DNA from: the human T2T-CHM13v2.0 reference genome, Homo sapiens
Direction of reading: 5' to 3'
DNA length: 64,000 nt
NCBI GenBank assembly: GCA_009914755.4
Contig: CP068257.2
Location: forward strand, 22,912,001-22,976,000
Shown: positions 58,151 to 64,000 of the stretch, one piece after another
How positions within the stretch are numbered: the stretch's first letter is position 1
Layout: each line of letters begins with the position of its first letter
Position numbers and translations under genes: made by a program
Notes under the pieces: model-generated
The model's database searches: none
What the model was told of the DNA's origin: nothing
The model's input: only the letters and a program-made list of their open reading frames with translations

Positions 58151-59267
58151 AATAATAATGGTAAGAATCAATTCTAGAACACAGATTGTAAAAAGGGACT
58201 ATTTTTTCAAAAAACTTTGATTCACAAAGAAAGTGAATCTTTTTCCTTTCCCACATATATAACAAAAAGTGGACAATACTGAAATAAATAAAAGTTTTGT
58301 TTAAAAGGCAAACATAAGAACCATTCATGTTTTTCATTTTTTTTGTAAATTGGAATGTTTAGATGGCAATGTTTATGCCTATTAAGGTGCAATTTGAAGG
58401 AGTATATCATGAGGCTATGTTGGAGAATTATGGGACTTCTTTAACGCAATGTTCCAAAGTGAACATCATTGCTATTTCTAGTTTCTATATCTTTGCTGTT
58501 GTGCTACATAGGCAAGGTTGTTAGCATATATTTTAATATTAATAAACTGCTTAGCTTACATTTGTAATGGGTACAGTGTGAAGCACTGTAGTTCAGAGCA
58601 CTTAAAATATCACTGATTGATTCACAAATGCTAGCAAATTTCTGTCTTGCATGTAGTATCCGTGTGTGTGTGTAAACAAATCAGATGCCATATTTTTATT
58701 ATTTTTCTTAAGTTTGGCTAAGAGTCTTCCCCCTTTTAAATATTATTCTCATATGAATTGCCTGAGACTTCTCTTAGAGGAAAAAAGTATCATGTTTGTT
58801 CACTGCGGAACATTCTGTTTTCACATTTTGAGCTTAAGAAAAAAAGTACTAAAAATAATTTGAAACTACACATTTGACAGGGGACTAATATTCAGAATTT
58901 ACAAGGAACTCAAACAGTTCAAAAATAAAAACAACAATGAAAACAACACCATTAAAAAGTGGGCAAAGGACCTGAGTAGACATTTTTCAAACAAAGATAT
59001 ACTTCTTAAAAAGACAAAACATAACAGATTTTGGAAGGGAACTCAAATAACTCAACAGTAAAATAACAAATAATCTACTTTTTTAAATGGGCAATTGTTC
59101 TGAATAGACAGTTCTCAAAAGAAGACATGTAAATGACCAACAAGTATATGAAAAAATGTTCAACATCATTAACCATCAGGGAAATGCAAATCAAAGCCAC
59201 AATGAGAGATCATCTCACACCAAATAGAATGGCTATTACCAAAAAGACAAAAAATAACACATGCTGG

Positions 59268-61552
59268 TGATATGGTTTGGCTGTGTTCCCACTCAAATCT
59301 CATCTTGAAATCCCACATGTTTTGAGAGGGACCTGGTGGGAGGTAATTGAATCATAGGGCAGGTCTTTCTCATGCTGTTCTCATGATAATGAATAAGACT
59401 CACGAGATCTAATGGTTTTGAAAAACAAGAATCTCCCTGCACAAACTCTCTCTTTGCCTGCTGCCATCCATGTAGGACATGATTTGCTCCTCCTCACCTT
59501 CCACTATGATTGTTAGGCTTCCCCAGCCACATGGAACTGTAAATTCAATTAAACCCCTATCCTTTGCAAATTGCCCAGTCTCAAGTATGTCTTTATTAGC
59601 AGCGTGAAAATGAACTAATACAGTAAATTGGTAGCAGCAGAGTGGGGCATTGCTGAAGAGATACCCAAAATGTAGAAGCAACTTTGGAACTGGGTGAGAG
59701 ACAGAGGTTGGAACAGTTTGAAGGGCTCAGAAGAAGACAGGAAAATATGTGAAAGTTTGGAACTTCCTAGAGACTTGAATGGCTTTGAGAAAAATGCTGA
59801 TAGTGATATGAACAATAATGTCTAGGCTGAGGTGGTCTCAGATGGAGATGAGGAAATTGTTGGGAACAGGAGCAAAGGTGACCCTTGTGATAATTTAGCA
59901 AAGAGACTGATGTCATTTTGCCGTGCCCTTGAGATTTGTGGAACTTTGAACTTGAGAGAGGTGATTTAGGGTATTTGGAAGAAATTTCTAAGTGGCAAAG
60001 CACTCAAGAGGCGATTTGGGTGCTGTTAAAGGTATTCCATTTTATAAGCGAAGGAGGGCATAAAAGTTTGGAAAATTCGCAGCCTGACAATGTGATAGAA
60101 AAGAAAATCCCATTTTCTGAGGAGAAATTCAAGCCAGCTGCATAAATTTGCATAAGTAACAAGGAGCTGAATGTTAATCCCCAAGACAACAGGGAAAATG
60201 TCTCCAGGTATGACAGAGGTCTTCATGGCAGCCCCTCCCATCACAGGCCCAGAGGCCTAGGAGGAAATAAAGGTTTTGTGGGCCAAGCCCAGGTTTCCTG
60301 TGCTGTGTGCAGTCTAGGGACTTGGTTCCATGAATCCCACCTTCTCCAGCTGTGAATAAAAGGGGACTAGGCAAAGCTAGGGCCATGGCTTCAGTGGGTA
60401 CAAGCCCCAGTCTTTGGCAGCTTTCATGTGGTGTTTAGCCTGAGGGTACATAGAAGTAAAGAATTGAGGTTTGGGAACCTCTGCCTAGATTTCAGTGTAT
60501 GTATGGAAATGCCTGGATGTCTAGCCAGAAGTTTGCTGAAGGGGAGGAACTCTCATGGAGAACCTCTGCTAGGGCAGTGCAGTAGGGTAATGTGGTGTCA
60601 GAGCCTCCACACAGAGTCCCTACTGGGGCACTGCTTAGTGGAGCTGTGAGAAGAGGGCCACCATCCTCCAGATCCCAGAATGTTAGATCCACTGACAGCT
60701 TGCACAGTGTACCTGGAAAAGCTGCAGACACTCAATGCCAGCCAATGAAGCCAACTGGGAGGGAAGATGTACCTTGCAGAGCCACAGGGGCAGAGCTTCC
60801 CAAGACCATGGGAACCCACTTCTTGCATCAGCGTGACCTGGATGTGAGACATGGAATCAAAGGAGATAATTTTGGAGCTTTAATACTTGACTGCCCCCTT
60901 GGATTTCAGACTTGCATGGGGCCTATAGCCCATTTATTTTGGCCAATTTCTCCCATTTGGCATATCTGTATTTACCTCATGCCTGTACCCCCATTAGCAT
61001 CTGGGAAGTAATTAACTTGCTTTTGATTTTACAGGCTTATAGGTGGAAGAGATTTGCCTTGTCTCAGGTGAGATTTTGGACTGTAGACTTTTGAGTTAAT
61101 GTTGAAATGAGTTAAGCCTTTAGGAAACCCTTGGGAAGGCATGATTGGTTTTGAAATTTGAGGACATGAGATTTGGGAGGGGCCTGGGGCAGAATCATAT
61201 GGTTTGGCTATGTCACACCCAAATCTCATCTTGAATCCCATGTGTTGTGGGAGAGATCAGGTGGGAGGTAAATGAATTATGGAGGCAGTTCATTCCCATG
61301 CTGTTCTTGTGATAATGAATAAGTCTCACAAGATTTGACAGTTTTGAAATACAGGAGTCTCCCTTCACATGCTCTCTCTTTGCCTGCTGCCATCCATATA
61401 AGATGTGACTTGCTCCTCCTTGCCTTCCACCACGATTGTGAGGCTTCCCCAGACACATGGAACTGTAAATCCAATTAAACTTCTTTGCTTTTTAAATTGC
61501 CCAGTCTCAGGTATATCTTCAGCAGCAGCATGAAAACCGACTAACACAGCTG
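59268..61552 (+). mobile_element. Complete THE1 (ERVL-MaLR) element: 5' LTR 59268-59628, internal region 59629-61194, 3' LTR 61195-61552; flanked by 5-bp target-site duplication 'gctgg'
   Basis: 5' LTR 'tgatatggtttggctgtgttcccactcaaatctcatcttgaaatccc…ccactatgattgttaggcttcccc…tattagcagcgtgaaaatgaactaataca'. Internal 'gtaaattggtagcagcagagtggggcattgctgaagagatacccaaaatgtagaagcaactttggaactggg…'. 3' LTR 'tcatatggtttggctatgtcacacccaaatctcatcttgaatccc…ccaccacgattgtgaggcttcccc…gcatgaaaaccgactaacaca'. Host L1 reads '…cacatgctgg|TGATATGG…AACACA|gctggcaagg…'. Confidence 0.85.
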
Positions 61553-61834
61553 GCAAGGATGTAGAGAAAAGGGAACCCTTATATACTTGTTGATGGAAAT
61601 GTAAATTGGTACAACTACCAATAGTATGAAAATTAGTATGGAGATGCCTCAAAAAGCTAAAAATAGAACTACTACATGATCTAACAATCCCACTACTGGG
61701 TATATATCCAAATGAATGGAAATCAATATGTTGAGGAGATATCTGCCCTGTCACATTAATTACAGCAATATTCACAGTAACAGATACATGGAATCAACCT
61801 AAGTGCCTGTCAACAAATGAATAGATAAATAAAC

Positions 61835-61838
<4 letters not shown>

Positions 61839-61865
<27 letters not shown>

Positions 61866-61867
61866 AT
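61839..61867. repeat. (TG)n dinucleotide microsatellite
   Basis: 'gtgcgtgtgtgtgtgtgtgtgtgtgtgtatg'. Confidence 0.95.
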
Positions 61868-64000
61868 GAATACTATTCAAGTCTAAAAAATAAATCATGT
61901 TTTTTGCAGCAACATGAATATAGCTGGAGTTTATCATATTAAGTGAAACTCAGAAACAGAAAAACAAATACTACATGTTCTCACTTATAAATGAGAGCTA
62001 AACAATATGTTTACATGGACATAGAGTCTGGAATAATAGACAATGGAGACTCAAAAGGGTGGAAGTGTGAGAGGGAAGTGGATAATAATAAATTACTTAA
62101 TGGGTACAATGTTTATTATAGATATACTGAAAGCCCAGATTTTGCCACTATCAAACATATAAATGTCACAACATTACAGTTGTACTCCTTGACTTTATAG
62201 AAATAATAATAAAAAAAACCTGAGGTAATGGTGCATTTGAATCGGAAAGTTTACTGCAGTCAGTATAATTTCCAAAGATGAAAAGGTTAATGGAGTGTGT
62301 TTCTTTATTGTAGTGCAGTAGTTCTGTTCTTTTTTTTTTAATTGAAACACCTATAATCTTTCTCTATTTTGACCTACAAAAGTACATTTAAAAGAAAAAT
62401 GTAATCATTTCATTATAAATATCATTATAAATCTGTTAGAATATACAAATCACAAATCTTAGAATATATAATGATAAGTTTCTGTCTCATAATGTAAACA
62501 TAATATAATGTTCAATATTGTTCTTATTTTCTAAGTGAAACATTGTCATGACTTCAATCTAAATATATTTAATGAGAGACCACAAACAATGTATTTTGAC
62601 AAGTGGTACTTAGTCTATTCCATTATAGCCATGAACATAAAGGGAAGAATTTTAAATCTAGCTTCCCTCTAGATTGAGTTGGAAAAGTGATTCCAAATCA
62701 TGTCAATGGCCATTTATTAACCCAAATGCATGTTAAAAAATCATATGACCAGAAAACGGAGTGTTAATATTTGCAAACTGAATCTTGCCAGGGCAGTTTA
62801 TAAAAAGCTTATTCTATTCTGCCTAATGTAGCTATTAGTAATGTAGAACTGAAAAAGAAACTAGAGGAAATATCAAAATATCAACTTCTTATGTACATCG
62901 TTTAAGAGTTAAATACTACTTTATGATTTCAACATTTTAAAGCCATTTGTAATTTTCTAATTGAAAAAGTAATATAACTTCATTATTTATATTTTTTATT
63001 CGACAAAATTTACTATATACCTTCTGCGTACCAGGTACTGTCATAGGCCCTTAATATGTCATGAACATAAATATTCATTTTCCTGAAAATTTCTTAACTT
63101 ACATTTGTTATACTCTACTAAGTGAAATAGAGAATAAACATAATAAACAAATAAAATATATAACAGACTAGGTAGTGGTAATTTTAACTCAGTTTAATCA
63201 ATTCAGTTGGATCCACAAACAATTTTTTGGCATTCTTGTCAGGAAGCACATTTACTATGCAGAGAAAAAATACAGTCTTCAAACAATTTTAAATATTTTT
63301 ATTTGATCTTATGGGACAAAAAGCATGGCAATCCTAAGATTTTGCATTACCTTCTCCAATGCAAAAAAAAAAAACCCACTCTTTTTATGATAAAGTATAA
63401 AATAAATAAAATATAATTCAATTATTTTGCTGGACTTAATATTTAATATGAGAAAATGCACTGTGTGCAATGTTGAAATAAGGTTACCATGGCAACCATG
63501 TGCTTTGTGAAATACAAAAATTATTTCTGTTGTAAAATTCCATAAAACATAGACCTTAATTCGAGGCTTCCCAAGAATTTCTATGTTGTGCAACTTCTTA
63601 TTATTAAATTTATTTTTTATTATAATGACTATATACATTAAATTAGTGCCATCTCTTCAGCGTTTACAGCATTCATAGCATATTTATTCTCTAACGAAGA
63701 GGCCAAGGCACCAGAAGAAGTAAACACATTAGAAACAATAAGTTATAAAAAAAAAGAAATTGTTCTTTATACGGGAATTGCTTTTATAATAATTTTTTCT
63801 ATATATTTTTAGATTTTTTTCTAGCGCATCCATAGACAATAATAAAAAAAAATTAGTCATCTCAAACAACATGCCTAATATTAACTGAAGTAATAATATA
63901 ATTCACTTTTTAAAAATTTAATGGAGGTAAGTAATATAGCTGTGATGTAAGTCACATGAATTTATTTTACAAAGTTTTATAATCTCACAGAGGTGACTGG

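Larger units (their letters stand above)
58875..62218 (+). mobile_element. Old L1 (L1M/L1PB-type) 3' portion, 5'-truncated, split by a THE1 insertion (L1 segments 58875-59267 and 61553-62218)
   Basis: 'gacaggggactaatattcagaatttacaaggaactcaaacagttcaaaaataaaaacaacaatgaaaacaacaccattaaaaagtgggcaaaggacctgagtagacatttttc…ccatcagggaaatgcaaatcaaagccacaatgagagatcatctcacaccaaatagaatggctattaccaaaaagac' then, after the THE1, 'ctggcaaggatgtagagaaaagggaacccttatatacttgttgatggaaatgtaaattggtacaactacc…gggtacaatgtttattatagatatactgaaagcccagattttgccactatcaaacatataaatgtcac' and an A-rich end. Confidence 0.85.

Noticed and set aside
60592-61011. 139-aa ORF (plus ORFs at 60598..60852 and 61365..61775)
   Set aside because: They lie in the THE1 internal region and its 3' LTR. 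MaLR internal sequence is non-autonomous and diverged, and I see no recognisable gag/pol domains.

Overview
This window is primate nuclear DNA, most likely human or a close catarrhine relative. It is not prokaryotic, phage or plasmid DNA. GC content is about 35% and CpG is strongly depleted. Most of the sequence is interspersed retrotransposons.

- LINEs: a near full-length old L1 of the L1PA/L1PB type (about 25-6392, + strand) with a 5'UTR of roughly 1.27 kb and degenerate ORF1/ORF2; a long L1M on the minus strand (31395-34565) that carries Alu insertions; two old L1 3' segments (45900-47380, 58875-62218); and short L1 3' fragments at 23338-23700 and 41760-42020.
- Alus: 20 elements (AluJ, AluS and AluY types), several with readable target-site duplications and intact poly-A tails.
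- MaLR LTR elements: a complete THE1 with both LTRs and internal region (59268-61552), inserted into an old L1 and flanked by a 5-bp duplication 'gctgg'; solo LTRs of THE1, MST and MLT1 type; and an MST LTR split by two Alu insertions.
- Simple repeats: (TG)n(TA)n inside an Alu linker, (TTTA)n and (AAT)n on Alu tails, (TG)n, and a CA/TA-rich low-complexity block.

I cannot support any protein-coding gene, tRNA, rRNA, CRISPR array or operon-like system here. Almost every ORF in the supplied track is a transposon-derived reading frame: L1 ORF1/ORF2 fragments, Alu translations in either orientation, and remnants of the THE1 internal region.

The non-repeat sequence that deserves a second look is a handful of small pockets that keep CpG dinucleotides in an otherwise CpG-poor desert: one exon-like segment with a GTAAGT donor at 21191-21307, and possible conserved non-coding elements near 18690-18860, 6830-6960, 47870-48115 and 53380-53610. 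Family and subfamily names come from my memory of consensus sequences and should be confirmed with RepeatMasker/Dfam.
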